From: Auanema rhodensis
Lineage: Eukaryota > Animalia > Nematoda
NCBI GenBank assembly: GCA_964057225.1
Contig: OZ059895.1
Coordinates: forward strand, 11,222,001-11,286,000
DNA: 64,000 nucleotides
Reading direction: 5' to 3'
This document shows positions 14,101-28,700 of the stretch, one piece after another; positions within the stretch are counted from its first letter, which is position 1; each line of letters opens with the position of its first letter. A model generated the notes under the pieces. It had not been told where the DNA came from and made no database searches. It saw only the letters and a program-made list of their open reading frames with translations. The position numbers and the translations under genes are program-made.

Positions 14101-15375
14101 GGAGCTCATAAGATTTGATATCATTGAGGGATCCGGATAGAACGTGGAAAATTACGTAACTAACATGAAATTGGAAACAACTATAACGAGGATAAGTATG
14201 TGAATCATTGAATATCAGATATTTTCGCTTAGGACCATACCACGTTGAAAGTACGCCATGCAGCTGATTTTCAATTTTATCTCTTCCGTAACAAATGTTT
14301 TCAATTTTCAAGTAGTTTCACTTAGATAGCTTAGCTCAACCCAAGGCAGCATATTATCTTCAATCTTATTTCTATAATACAGTTATAAACCAATAGTTAA
14401 CGAACCATCATCTTACCCTTACCGTTTCTATCTATTTCCTATCGTAACCAACTTTGTTCAAAAACTATACAACTGTGAAACCTTTTTTAATTTCTTGTAT
14501 TTGGAGCTCATAAGATTTGATATCATTGAGGGATCCAGATAGAACGTGGAAAATTACGTAACTAACATGAAATTGGAAACAACTATAACGAGGATAAGTA
14601 TGTAAATCATTGAATATCAGATATTTTCGCTTACGACCATACCACGTTGAAAGTACGCCATGCCGCTGATTTTCAATTTTAACTCTTTTGTAACAAATGT
14701 TTTCAATTTTCATGCAATTTTACTCAGATAGCTTAACCCAAGGCAGCGAATTATCTTCAATATTATTTCTATCTTACAGTTATAAACCAATAGTTAATGA
14801 ACCATCATCTTACCTTTACCGTTTCTATCTATTTCCTATCGAAACCAACTTTGTTCAAAAACTATACAACTGTGAAACCTTTTTTAATTTTTTGTATTTG
14901 GAGCTCATAAGATTTGATATCATTGAGGGATCCAGATAGAACGTGGAAAATTACGTAACTAACATGAAATTGGAAAAAACTATAACGAGGATAAGTATGT
15001 GAATCATTGAATATCAGATAATTTCGCTTAGGACCATACCACGTTGAAAGTACGCCATGCCGCTGATTTTCATTTTTAACTCTTTTGTAACAAATGTTTT
15101 CAATTTTCATGCAATTTTACTCAGATAGCTTAACCCAAGGCAGCGAATTATCTTCAATATTATTTCTATCTTACAGTTATAAACCAATAGTTAATGAACC
15201 ATCATCTTACCTTCACTGTTTCTATCTATTCCCTATCGGAAGCAACTTAGTTCAAACACTATACAACTGTGAAACCTTTTTTAATTTTTTGTATTTAGAG
15301 CTCATAAGATTTGATATCATTGAGGGATCCAGATAGAACGTGGAAAATTACGTAACTAACATGAAATTGGAAAAA
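8140..15375. repeat. 9-monomer (3584 bp) tandem higher-order repeat, 2 copies
   Basis: Variants GGATCCGG, AGTTTAAAACC, TTATGAACC, TTTCATGCAA, GATAATTTCG and CCCTATCGGAAG recur at +3584 (ORFs 8323/11907, 9117/12701, 11113/14697, 11510/15094). 3584 = 9x397 + 2x5 + 1. Confidence 0.92.
9751..10147 (+). repeat. Representative 397-bp monomer (BamHI to BamHI); a typical unit has one BamHI, one SacI and one EcoRV site
   Basis: GGATCC occurs at 9751 and next at 10148. GAGCTC and GATATC occur once each. The unit has an internal TTTTCAATTTT direct repeat 30 bp apart and several A/T tracts. Confidence 0.97.
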
Positions 15376-18300
15376 CCTATAACGAGGATAAGTATGTAAA
15401 TCATTGAATATCAGATATTTTCGCTTACGACCATACCACGTTGAAAGTACGCCATGCCGCTGATTTTCAATTTTAACTCTTTTGTAACAAATGTTCTCAA
15501 TTTTCAAGCAGTTTTACTCAGATAGCTTAACCCAAGGCAGCAAATTATCTTCAATATTATTTCTATCTTACAGTTATAAACCAATAGTTAACGAACCATC
15601 ATCTTACCCTTACCGTTTCTATCTATTTCCTATCGTAACCAACTTTGTTCAAAAACTATACAACTGTGAAACCTTTTTTGATTTCTTGTATTTGGAGCTC
15701 ATAAGATTTGATATCATTGAGGGATCCAGATAGAACATGGAAAATTACGTAACTAACATGAAATTGGAAACAACTATAACGAGGATAAGTATGTGAATCA
15801 TTGAATATCAGATATTTTCGCTTACGACCATACCACGTTGAAAGTACGCCATGCCGCTGATTTTCAATTTTAACTCTTTTGTAACAAATGTTCTCAATTT
15901 TCAAGCAGTTTTACTCAGATAGCTTAACCCAAGGCAGCAAATTATCTTCAATATTATTTCTATCTTACAGTTATAAACCAATAGTTAACGAACCATCATC
16001 TTACCCTTACCGTTTCTATCTATTTCCTATCGTAACCAACTTTGTTCAAAAACTATACAACTGTGAAACCTTTTTTAATTTCTTGTATTTGGAGCTCATA
16101 AGATTTGATATCATTGAGGGATCCAGATAGAACATGGAAAATTACGTAACTAACATGAAATTGGAAACAACTATAACGAGGATAAGTATGTGAATCATTG
16201 AATATCAGATATTTTCGCTTAGGACCATACCACGTTGAAAGTACGCCATGCCGCTGATTTTCAATTTTAACTCTTTTGTAACAAATGTTTTCAATTTTCA
16301 AGCAGTTTTACTCAGATAGCTTAACCCAAGGCAGCAAATTATCTTCAATATTGTTTCTATCTTACAGTTATAAACCAATAGTTAATAAACCATCATCTTA
16401 CCTTTACTGTTTCTATCTATTTCCTATCGAAAGCAACTTTGTTCAAACACTATACAACTGTGAAACCTTTTTTAATTTCTTGTATTTGGAGCTCATAAGA
16501 TTTGATATCATTGAGGGATCCAGATAGAACGTGGAAAATTATGTAACTAACATGAAATTGGAAAAAACTATAACGAGGATAAGTATGTAAATCATTGAAT
16601 ATCAGATATTTTCGCTTACGACCATACCACGTTGAAAGTACGCCATGCCGCTGATTTTCAATTTTAACTCTTTTGTAACAAATGTTTTCAATTTTCTAGC
16701 AGTTTTACTCAGATAGCTTAACCCAAGGCAGCAAATTATCTTCAATATTATTTCTATCTTACAGTTATAAACCAATAGTTAATGAACCATCATCTTACCT
16801 TTACCGTTTCTATCTATTTCCTATCGAAACCAACTTTGTTCAAAAACTATACAACTGTGAAACCTTTTTTAATTTCTTGTATTTGGAGCTCATAAGATTT
16901 GATATCATTGAGGGATCCAGATAGAACGTGGAAAATTACGTAACTAACATGAAATTGGAAAAAACTATAACGAGGATAAGTATGTGAATCATTGAATATC
17001 AGATATTTTCGCTTAGGACCATACCACGTTGAAAGTACGCCATGCCGCTGATTTTCAATTTTAACTCTTTTGTAACAAATGTTTTCAATTTTCATGCAAT
17101 TTTACTCAGATAGCTTAACCCAAGGCAGCGAATTATCTTCAATATTATTTCTATCTTACAGTTATAAACCAATAGTTAATGAACCATCATCTTACCTTCA
17201 CTGTTTCTATCTATTCCCTATCGGAAGCAACTTAGTTCAAACACTATACAACTGTGAAACCTTTTTTAATTTTTTGTATTTAGAGCTCATAAGATTTGAT
17301 ATCATTGAGGGATCCAGATAGAACGTGGAAAATTACGTAACTAACATGAAATTGGAAAAACCTATAACGAGGATAAGTATGTAAATCATTGAATATCAGA
17401 TATTTTCGCTTACGACCATACCACGTTGAAAGTACGCCATGCCGCTGATTTTCAATTTTAACTCTTTTGTAACAAATGTTTTCAATTTTCAAGCAGTTTT
17501 ACTCAGATAGCTTAACCCAAGGCAGCAAATTATCTTCAATATTATTTCTATCTTACAGTTATGAACCAATAGTTAATGAACTATCATCTTACCTTTACTG
17601 TTTCTATCTATTTCCTATCAAAAGCAACTTTGTTCAAACACTATACAACTGTGAAACCTTTTTTAATTTCTTGTATTTGGAGCTCATAAGATTTGATATC
17701 ATCGAGGGATCCAGATAGAACGTGGAAAATTACATAACTAACATGAAATTGGGAAAAAATTATAACGAGGATAAGTATGCGAAACATTGAATATCAGATA
17801 TTTTCGCTTAGGACCATACCACGTTGAAAGTACGCCATGCCGCTGATTTTCAATTTTAACTCTTTTGTAACAAATGTTTTCAATTTTCATGCAATTTTAC
17901 TCAGATAGCTTAACCCAAGGCAGCGAATTATCTTCAATATTATTTCTATCTTACAGTTATAAACCAATAGTTAATGAACCATCATCTTACCTTCACTGTT
18001 TCTATCTATTTCCTATCGAAAGCAACTTTGTTCAAACACTATACAACTGTGAAACCTTTTTTAATTTCTTGTATTTGGAGCTCATAAGATTTGATATCAT
18101 CGAGGGATCCAGATAGAACGTGGAAAATTACATAACTAACACGAAATTGGGAAAAAATTATAACGAGGATAAGTATGCGAAACATTGAATATCAGATATT
18201 TTCGCTTAGGACCATACCACGTTGAAAGTACGCCATGCCGCTGATTTTCAATTTTAACTCTTCTGTAACAAATGTTTTCAATATCCAAGCAGTTTTACTT

Positions 18301-21300
18301 AGATAGCTTAACCCAAGGCAGCAAATTATCTTCAATATTATTTCTATCTTACAGTTATAAACGAATAGTTAATGAACCATCATCTTACCCTTACCGTTTC
18401 TATCTATTTCATATCGAAACCAACTTTGTTCAAAAACTATACAACTGTGAAACCTTTTTTAATTTCTTGTATTTGGAGCTCAAAAGATTTGATATCATTG
18501 AGGGATCCAGATAGAACGTGGAAAATTACGTAACTAACATGAAATTGGAAAAAACTATAACGAGGATAAGTATGTGAATCATTGAATATCAGATATTTTC
18601 GCTTAGGACCATACCACGTTGAAAGTACGCCATGCCGCTGATTTTCAATTTTAACTCTTCTGTAACAAATGTTTTCAATTTTCAAGCAGTTTTACTCAGA
18701 TAGCTTAACCCAAGGCAGCAAATTATCTTCAATATTATTTCTATCTTACAGTTATAAACCAATGGTTAATGAACCATCATCTTACTTTTACTGTTTCTAT
18801 CTATTTTCTATCAGAACAAATATTGTTCAAACACTATACGACTGTGAAACCTTTTTTAATTTCTTGTATTTGGAGCTCAAAAGATTTGATATCATTGAGG
18901 GATCCAGATAGAACGTGGAAAATTACGTAACTAACATGAAATTGGAAAAAACTATAACGAGGATAAGTATGTGAATCATTGAATATCAGATATTTTCGCT
19001 TAGGACCATACCACGTTGAAAGTACGCCATGCCGCTGATTTTCAATTTTAACTCTTTTGTAACAAATGTTTTCAATTTTCAAGCAGTTTTACTCAGATAG
19101 CTTAACCCAAGGCAGCAAATTATCTTCAATATTATTTCTATCTTACAGTTATAAACCAATAGTTAATGAACCATCATCTTACCTTTACTGTTTCTATCTA
19201 TTTCCTATCGAAAGCAACTTTGTTCAAAAATTATACAACTGTGAAACCTTTTTTAATTTCTTGTATTTGGAGCTCATAAGATTTGATATCATCGAGGGAT
19301 CCAGATAGAACGTGGAAAATTACATAACTAACATGAAATTGAAAAAAACTATAACGAGGATAAGTATGCGAAACATTGAATATCAGATATTTTCGCTTAG
19401 GACCATACCACGTTGAAAGTACGCCATGCCGCTGATTTTCAATTTTAACTCTTCTGTAACAAATGTTTTCAATTTCCAAGCAGTTTTACTTAGATAGCTC
19501 AACCCAAGGCAGCAAATTATCTTCAATATTATTTCTATCCTACAGTTATAAACCAATAGTTGATGAACCATCATCTTACCCTTACCGTTTCTATCTATTT
19601 CATATCGAAATCAACTTTGTTCAAAAACTATACAACTGTGAAACCTTTTTTAATTTTTTGTATTTGGAGCTCATAAGATTTGATATCATTGAGGGATCCA
19701 GATAGAACGTGGAAAATTACGTAACTAACATGAAATTGGAAAAAACTATAACGAGGATAAGTATGTGAATCATTGAATATCAGATATTTTCGCTTAGGAC
19801 CATACCACGTTGAAAGTACGCCATGCCGCTGATTTTCAATTTTAACTCTTTTGTAACAAATGTTTTCAATTTTCAAGCAGTTTTACTCAGATAGCTTAAC
19901 CCAAGGCAGCAAATTATCTTCAATATTATTTCTATCTTACAGTTATAAACCAATAGTTAATGAACCATCATCTTGCCTTTACTGTTTCTATCTATTTCCT
20001 ATCGAAAGCAACTTTGTTCAAACACTATACAACTGTGAAACCTTTTTTAATTTCTTGTATTTGGAGCTCATAAGATTTGATATCATCGAGGGATCCAGAT
20101 AGAACGTGGAAAATTACATAACTAACATGAAATTGGGAAAAAATTATAACGAGGATAAGTATGCGAAACATTGAATATCAGATATTTTCGCTTAGGACCA
20201 TACCACGTTGAAAGTACGCCATGCCGCTGATTTTCAATTTTAACTCTTCTGTAACAAATGTTTTCAATTTCCAAGCAGTTTTACTTAGATAGCTCAACCC
20301 AAGGCAGCAAATTATCTTCAATATTATTTCTATCTTACAGTTATAAACCAATAGTTAATGAACCATCACCTTACCCTTACCGTTTCTATCTATTTCATAT
20401 CGAAACCAACTTTGTTCAAAAACTATACAACTGTGAAACCTTTTTTAATTTCTTGTATTTGGAGCTCATAAGATTTGATATCATTGAGGGATCCAGATAG
20501 AACGTGGAAAATTACATAACTAACATAAAATTCGGAAAAAATTATAACGAGGATAAGTATGTAAATCATTGAATATCAGATATTTTCGCTTACGACCATA
20601 CCACGTTGAAAGTACGCCATGCCGCTGATTTTCAATTTCAACTCTTCTGTAACAAATGTTTTCAATTTTCAAGCAGTTTTACTCAGATAGCTTAACCCAA
20701 GGCAGCAAATTATCTTCAATATTATTTCTATCTTACAGTTATAAACCAATGGTTAATGAACCATCATCTTACTTTTACTGTTTCTATCTATTTTCTATCA
20801 GAACAAATATTGTTCAAACACTATACGACTGTGAAACCTTTTTTAATTTCTTGTATTTGGAGCTCAAAAGATTTGATATCATTGAGGGATCCAGATAGAA
20901 CGTGGAAAATTACGTAACTAACATGAAATTGGAAAAAACTATAACGAGGATAAGTATGTGAATCATTGAATATCAGATATTTTCGCTTAGGACCCTACCA
21001 CGTTGAAAGTACGCCATGCCGCTGATTTTCAATTTTAACTCTTTTGTAACAAATGTTTTCAATTTTCAAGCAGTTTTACTCAGATAGCTTAACCCAAGGC
21101 AGCAAATTATCTTCAATATTATTTCTATCTTACAGTTATAAACCAATAGTTAATGAACCATCATCTTACCTTTACTGTTTCTATCTATTTCCTATCGAAA
21201 GCAACTTTGTTCAAACACTATACAACTGTGAAACCTTTTTTAATTTCTTGTATTTGGAGCTCATAAGATTTGATATCATCGAGGGATCCAGATAGAACGT

Positions 21301-24300
21301 GGAAAATTACATAACTAACATGAAATTGGGAAAAAATTCTAACGAGGATAAGTATGCGAAACATTGAATATCAGATATTTTCGCTTAGGACCATACCACG
21401 TTGAAAGTACGCCATGCCGCTGATTTTCGATTTTAACTCTTTTGTAACAAATGTTTTCAATTTTCAAGCAGTTTTACTTAGATAGCTCAACCCAAGGCAG
21501 CAATTTATCTTCAATATTATTTCTATCTTACAGTTATAAACCAATAGTTAATGAACCATCATCTTACCTTTACTGTTTCTATCTATTTCCTATCGAAAGC
21601 AACTTTGTTCAAAAACTATACAACTGTGAAACCTTTTTTAATTTTTTGTATTTGGAGCTCATAAGATTTGATATCATTGAGGGATCCAGATAGAACGTGG
21701 AAAATTACATAACTAACATAAAATTGGGAAAAAATTATAACGAGGATAAGTATGTAAATCATTGAATATCAGATATTTTCGCTTACGACCATACCACGTT
21801 GAAAGTACGCCATGCCGCTGATTTTCAATTTTAACTCTTCTGTAACAAATGTTTTCAATTTTCAAGCAGTTTTACTTAGATAGCTCAACCCAAGGCAGCA
21901 ATTTATCCTCAATCTTATTTCTATCTTACAGTTATAAACCATTAGTTAATGAACCATCATCTTACCTTCACTGTTTCTATCTATTTTCTATCAAAAGAAA
22001 CATTGTTTAAACACTATACAACTGTGAAACCTTTTTTAATTTCTTGTATTTGGAGCTCATAAGATTTGATATCATCGAGGGATCCAGATAGAACGTGGAA
22101 AATTACGTAACTAACATGAAATTGAAAAAAACTATAACGAGGATAAGTATGTGAATCATTGAATATCAGATATTTTCGCTTAGGACCATACCACGTTGAA
22201 AGTACGCCATGCCGCTGATTTTCAATTTTAACTCTTTTGTAACAAATGTTTTCAATTTTCAAGCAGTTTTACTCAGATAGCTTAACCCAAGGCAGCAAAT
22301 TATCTTCAATATTATTTCTATCTTACAGTTATAAACCAATGGTTAATGAACCATCATCTTACTTTTACTGTTTCTATCTATTTTCTATCAGAACAAATAT
22401 TGTTCAAACACTATACGACTGTGAAACCTTTTTTAATTTCTTGTATTTGGAGCTCAAAAGATTTGATATCATTGAGGGATCCAGATAGAACGTGGAAAAT
22501 TACGTAACTAACATGAAATTGGAAAAAACTATAACGAGGATAAGTATGTGAATCATTGAATATCAGATATTTTCGCTTAGGACCATACCACGTTAAAAGT
22601 ACGCCATGCCGCTGATTTTCAATTTTTACTCTTTTGTAACAAATGTTTTCAATTTTCAAGCAGTTTTACTCAGATAGCTTAACCCAAGGTAGCAAATTAT
22701 CTTCAATATTATTTCTATCTTACAGTTATAAACCAATAGTTAATGAACCATCATCTTACCTTTACTGTTTCTATCTATTTCCTATCGAAAGCAACTTTGT
22801 TCAAACACTATACAACTGTGAAACCTTTTTTAATTTCTTGTATTTGGAGCTCATAAGATTTGATATCATCGAGGGATCCAGATAGAACGTGGAAAATTAC
22901 ATAACTAACATGAAATTGGGAAAAAATTCTAACGAGGATAAGTATGCGAAACATTGAATATCAGATATTTTCGCTTAGGACCATACCACGTTGAAAGTAC
23001 GCCATGCCGCTGATTTTCAATTTTAACTCTTTTGTAACAAATGTTTTCAATTTTCAAGCAGTTTTACTCAGATAGCTTAACCCAAGGCAGCAAATTATCT
23101 TCAATATTATTTCTATCTTACAGTTATAAACCAATAGTTAATGAACCATCATCTTACCTTTACTGTTTCTATCTATTTCCTATCGAAAGCAACTTTGTTC
23201 AAACACTATACAACTGTGAAACCTTTTTTAATTTCTTGTATTTGGAGCTCATAAGATTTGATATCATCGAGGGATCCAGATAGAACGTGGAAAATTACAT
23301 AACTAACATGAAATTGGGAAAAAATTCTAACGAGGATAAGTATGCGAAACATTGAATATCAGATATTTTCGCTTAGGACCATACCACGTTGAAAGTACGC
23401 CATGCCGCTGATTTTCGATTTTAACTCTTTTGTAACAAATGTTTTCAATTTTCAAGCAGTTTTACTTAGATAGCTCAACCCAAGGCAGCAATTTATCTTC
23501 AATATTATTTCTAACTTACAGTTATAAACCAATAGTTAATGAACCATCATCTTACCTTTACTGTTTCTATCTATTTCCTATCGAAAGCAACTTTGTTCAA
23601 AAACTATACAACTGTGAAACCTTTTTTAATTTTTTGTATTTGGAGCTCATAAGATTTGATATCATTGAGGGATCCAGATAGAACGTGGAAAATTACATAA
23701 CTAACATAAAATTGGGAAAAAATTATAACGAGGATAAGTATGCGAAACATTGAATATCAGATATTTTCGCTTAGGACCATACCACGTTGAAAGTACGCCA
23801 TGCCGCTGATTTTCAATTTTAACTCTTCTGTAACAAATGTTTTCAATTTCCAAGCAGTTTTACTTAGATAGCTCAACCCAAGGCAGCAAATTATCTTCAA
23901 TATTATTTCTATCCTACAGTTATAAACCAATAGTTGATGAACCATCATCTTACCCTTACCGTTTCTATCTATTTCATATCGAAACCAACTTTGTTCAAAA
24001 ACTATACAACTGTGAAACCTTTTTTAATTTTTTGTATTTGGAGCTCATAAGATTTGATATCATTGAGGGATCCAGATAGAACGTGGAAAATTACGTAACT
24101 AACATGAAATTGGAAAAAACTATAACGAGGATAAGTATGTGAATCATTGAATATCAGATATTTTCGCTTAGGACCATACCATGTTGAAAGTACGCCATGC
24201 CGCTGATTTTCAATTTTAACTCTTTTGTAACAAATGTTTTCAATTTTCAAGCAGTTTTACTCAGATAGCTTAACCCAAGGCAGCAAATTATCTTCAATAT

Positions 24301-25799
24301 TATTTCTATCTTACAGTTATAAACCAATAGTTAATGAACCATCATCTTACCTTTACTGTTTCTATCTATTTCTTATCGAAAGCAACTTTGTTCAAACACT
24401 ATACAACTGTGAAACCTTTTTTAATTTCTTGTATTTGGAGCTCATAAGATTTGATATCATCGAGGGATCCAGATAGAACGTGGAAAATTACATAACTAAC
24501 ATGAAATTGGGAAAAAATTATAACGAGGATAAGTATGCGAAACATTGAATATCAGATATTTTCGCTTAGGACCATACCACGTTGAAAGTACGCCATGCCG
24601 CTGATTTTCAATTTTAACTCTTCTGTAACAAATGTTTTCAATTTCCAAGCAGTTTTACTTAGATAGCTCAACCCAAGGCAGCAAATTATCTTCAATATTA
24701 TTTCTATCTTACAGTTATAAACCAATAGTTAATGAACCATCACCTTACCCTTACCGTTTCTATCTATTTCATATCGAAACCAACTTTGTTCAAAAACTAT
24801 ACAACTGTGAAACCTTTTTTAATTTCTTGTATTTGGAGCTCATAAGATTTGATATCATTGAGGGATCCAGATAGAACGTGGAAAATTACATAACTAACAT
24901 AAAATTGGGAAAAAATTATAACGAGGATAAGTATGTAAATCATTGAATATCAGATATTTTCGCTTACGACCATACCACGTTGAAAGTACGCCATGCCGCT
25001 GATTTTCAATTTTAACTCTTCTGTAACAAATGTTTTCAATTTCCAAGCAGTTTTACTTAGATAGCTCAACCCAAGGCAGCAAATTATCTTCAATATTATT
25101 TCTATCCTACAGTTATAAACCAATAGTTGATGAACCATCATCTTACCCTTACCGTTTCTATCTATTTCATATCGAAACCAACTTTGTTCAAAAACTATAC
25201 AACTGTGAAACCTTTTTTAATTTTTTGTATTTGGAGCTCATAAGATTTGATATCATTGAGGGATCCAGATAGAACGTGGAAAATTACATAACTAACATAA
25301 AATTGGGAAAAAATTATAACGAGGATAAGTATGTAAATCATTGAATATCAGATATTTTCGCTTACGACCATACCACGTTGAAAGTACGCCATGCCGCTGA
25401 TTTTCAATTTTAACTCTTCTGTAACAAATGTTTTCAATTTTCAAGCAGTTTTACTTAGATAGCTCAACCCAAGGCAGCAATTTATCTTCAATCTTATTTC
25501 TATCTTACAGTTATAAACCATTAGTTAATGAACCATCATCTTACCTTCACTGTTTCTATCTATTTTCTATCAAAAGAAACATTGTTTAAACACTATACAA
25601 CTGTGAAACCTTTTTTAATTTCTTGTATTTGGAGCTCATAAGATTTGATATCATCGAGGGATCCAGATAGAACGTGGAAAATTACGTAACTAACATGAAA
25701 TTGAAAAAAACTATAACGAGGATAAGTATGTGAATCATTGAATATCAGATATTTTCGCTTAGGGCCATACCACGTTGAAAGTACGCCATGCCGCTGATT

Positions 25800-28700
25800 T
25801 TCAATTTTAACTCTTTTGTAACAAATGTTTTCAATTTTCAAGCAGTTTTACTCAGATAGCTTAACCCAAGGCAGCAAATTATCTTCAATATTATTTCTAT
25901 CTTACAGTTATAAACCAATGGTTAATGAACCATCATCTTACTTTTACTGTTTCTATCTATTTTCTATCAGAACAAATATTGTTCAAACACTATACGACTG
26001 TGAAACCTTTTTTAATTTCTTGTATTTGGAGCTCAAAAGATTTGATATCATTGAGGGATCCAGATAGAACGTGGAAAATTACGTAACTAACATGAAATTG
26101 GAAAAAACTATAACGAGGATAAGTATGTGAATCATTGAATATCAGATATTTTCGCTTAGGACCATACCACGTTAAAAGTACGCCATGCCGCTGATTTTCA
26201 ATTTTTACTCTTTTGTAACAAATGTTTTCAATTTTCAAGCAGTTTTACTCAGATAGCTTAACCCAAGGCAGCAAATTATCTTCAATATTTTTTCTATCTT
26301 ACAGTTATAAACCAATAGTTAATGAACCATCATCTTACCTTTACTGTTTCTATCTATTTCCTATCGAAAGCAACTTTGTTCAAACACTATACAACTGTGA
26401 AACCTTTTTTAATTTCTTGTATTTGGAGCTCATAAGATTTGATATCATCGAGGGATCCAGATAGAACGTGGAAAATTACATAACTAACATGAAATTGAAA
26501 AAAAACTATAACGAGGATAAGTATGTGAATCATTGAATATCAGATATTTTCGCTTAGGACCATACCACGTTGAAAGTACGCCATGCCGCTGATTTTCAAT
26601 TTTACCTCTTTTGTAACAAATGTTTTCAATTTTCAAGCAGTTTTACTCAGATAGCTTAACCCAAGGCAGCAAATTATCTTCAATATTATTTCTATCTTAC
26701 AGTTATAAACCAATGGTTAATGAACCATCATCTTACTTTTACTGTTTCTATCTATTTTCTATCAGAACAAATATTGTTCAAACACTATACGACTGTGAAA
26801 CCTTTTTTAATTTCTTGTATTTGGAGCTCAAAAGATTTGATATCATTAAGGGATCCAGATAGAACGTGGAAAATTACGTAACTAACATGAAATTGGAAAA
26901 AACTATAACGAGGATAAGTATGTGAATCATTGAATATCAGATATTTTTGTTTAGGACCCTACCACGTTGAAAGTACGCCATGCCGCTGATTTTCAATTTT
27001 AACTCTTTTGTAACAAATGTTTTCAATTTTCAAGCAGTTTTACTCAGATAGCTTAACCCAAGGCAGCAAATTATCTTCAATATTATTTCTATCTTACAGT
27101 TATAAACCAATAGTTAATGAACCATCATCTTACCTTTACTGTTTCTATCTATTTCCTATCGAAAGCAACTCTGTTCAAACACTATACAACTGTGAAACCT
27201 TTTTTAATTTCTTGTATTTGGAGCTCATAAGATTTGATATCATCGAGGGATCCAGATAGAACGTGGAAAATTACATAACTAACATGAAATTGGGAAAAAA
27301 TTCTAACGAGGATAAGTATGCGAAACATTGAATATCAGATATTTTCGCTTAGGACCATACCACGTTGAAAGTACGCCATGCCGCTGATTTTCGATTTTAA
27401 CTCTTTTGTAACAAATGTTTTCAATTTTCAAGCAGTTTTACTTAGATAGCTCAACCCAAGGCAGCAATTTATCTTCAATATTATTTCTATCTTACAGTTA
27501 TAAACCAATAGTTAATGAACCATCATCTTACCTTTACTGTTTCTATCTATTTCCTATCGAAAGCAACTTTGTTCAAAAACTATACAACTGTGAAACCTTT
27601 TTTAATTTCTTGTATTTGGAGCTCATAAGATTTGATATCATCGAGGGATCCAGATAGAACGTGGAAAATTACATAACTAACATGAAATTGAAAAAAACTA
27701 TAACGAGGATAAGTATGCGAAACATTGAATATCAGATATTTTCGCTTAGGACCATACCACGTTGAAAGTACGCCATGCCGCTGATTTTCAATTTTAACTC
27801 TTTTGTAACAAATGTTTTCAATTTTCAAGCAGTTTTACTCAGATAGCTTAACCCAAGGCAGCAAATTATCTTCAATATTATTTCTATCTTACATGTATAA
27901 ACCAATGGTTAATGAACCATCATCTTACTTTTACTGTTTCTATCTATTTTCTATCAGAACAAATATTGTTCAAACACTATACGACTGTGAAACCTTTTTT
28001 AATTTCTTGTATTTGGAGCTCAAAAGATTTGATATCATTGAGGGATCCAGATAGAACGTGGAAAATTACGTAACTAACATGAAATTGGAAAAAACTATAA
28101 CGAGGATAAGTATGTGAATCATTGAATATCAGATATTTTCGCTTAGGACCATACCACGTTAAAAGTACGCCATGCCGCTGATTTTCAATTTTTACTCTTT
28201 TGTAACAAATGTTTTCAATTTTCAAGCAGTTTTACTCAGATAGCTTAACCCAAGGCAGCAAATTATCTTCAATATTATTTCTATCTTACAGTTATAAACC
28301 AATGGTTAATGAACCATCATCTTACTTTTACTGTTTCTATCTATTTTCTATCAGAACAAATATTGTTCAAACACTATACGACTGTGAAACCTTTTTTAAT
28401 TTCTTGTATTTGGAGCTCAAAAGATTTGATATCATTGAGGGATCCAGATAGAACGTGGAAAATTACGTAACTAACATGAAATTGGAAAAAACTATAACGA
28501 GGATAAGTATGTGAATCATTGAATATCAGATATTTTCGCTTAGGACCATACCACGTTAAAAGTACGCCATGCCGCTGATTTTCAATTTTTACTCTTTTGT
28601 AACAAATGTTTTCAATTTTCAAGCAGTTTTACTCAGATAGCTTAACCCAAGGCAGCAAATTATCTTCAATATTTTTTCTATCTTACAGTTATAAACCAAT

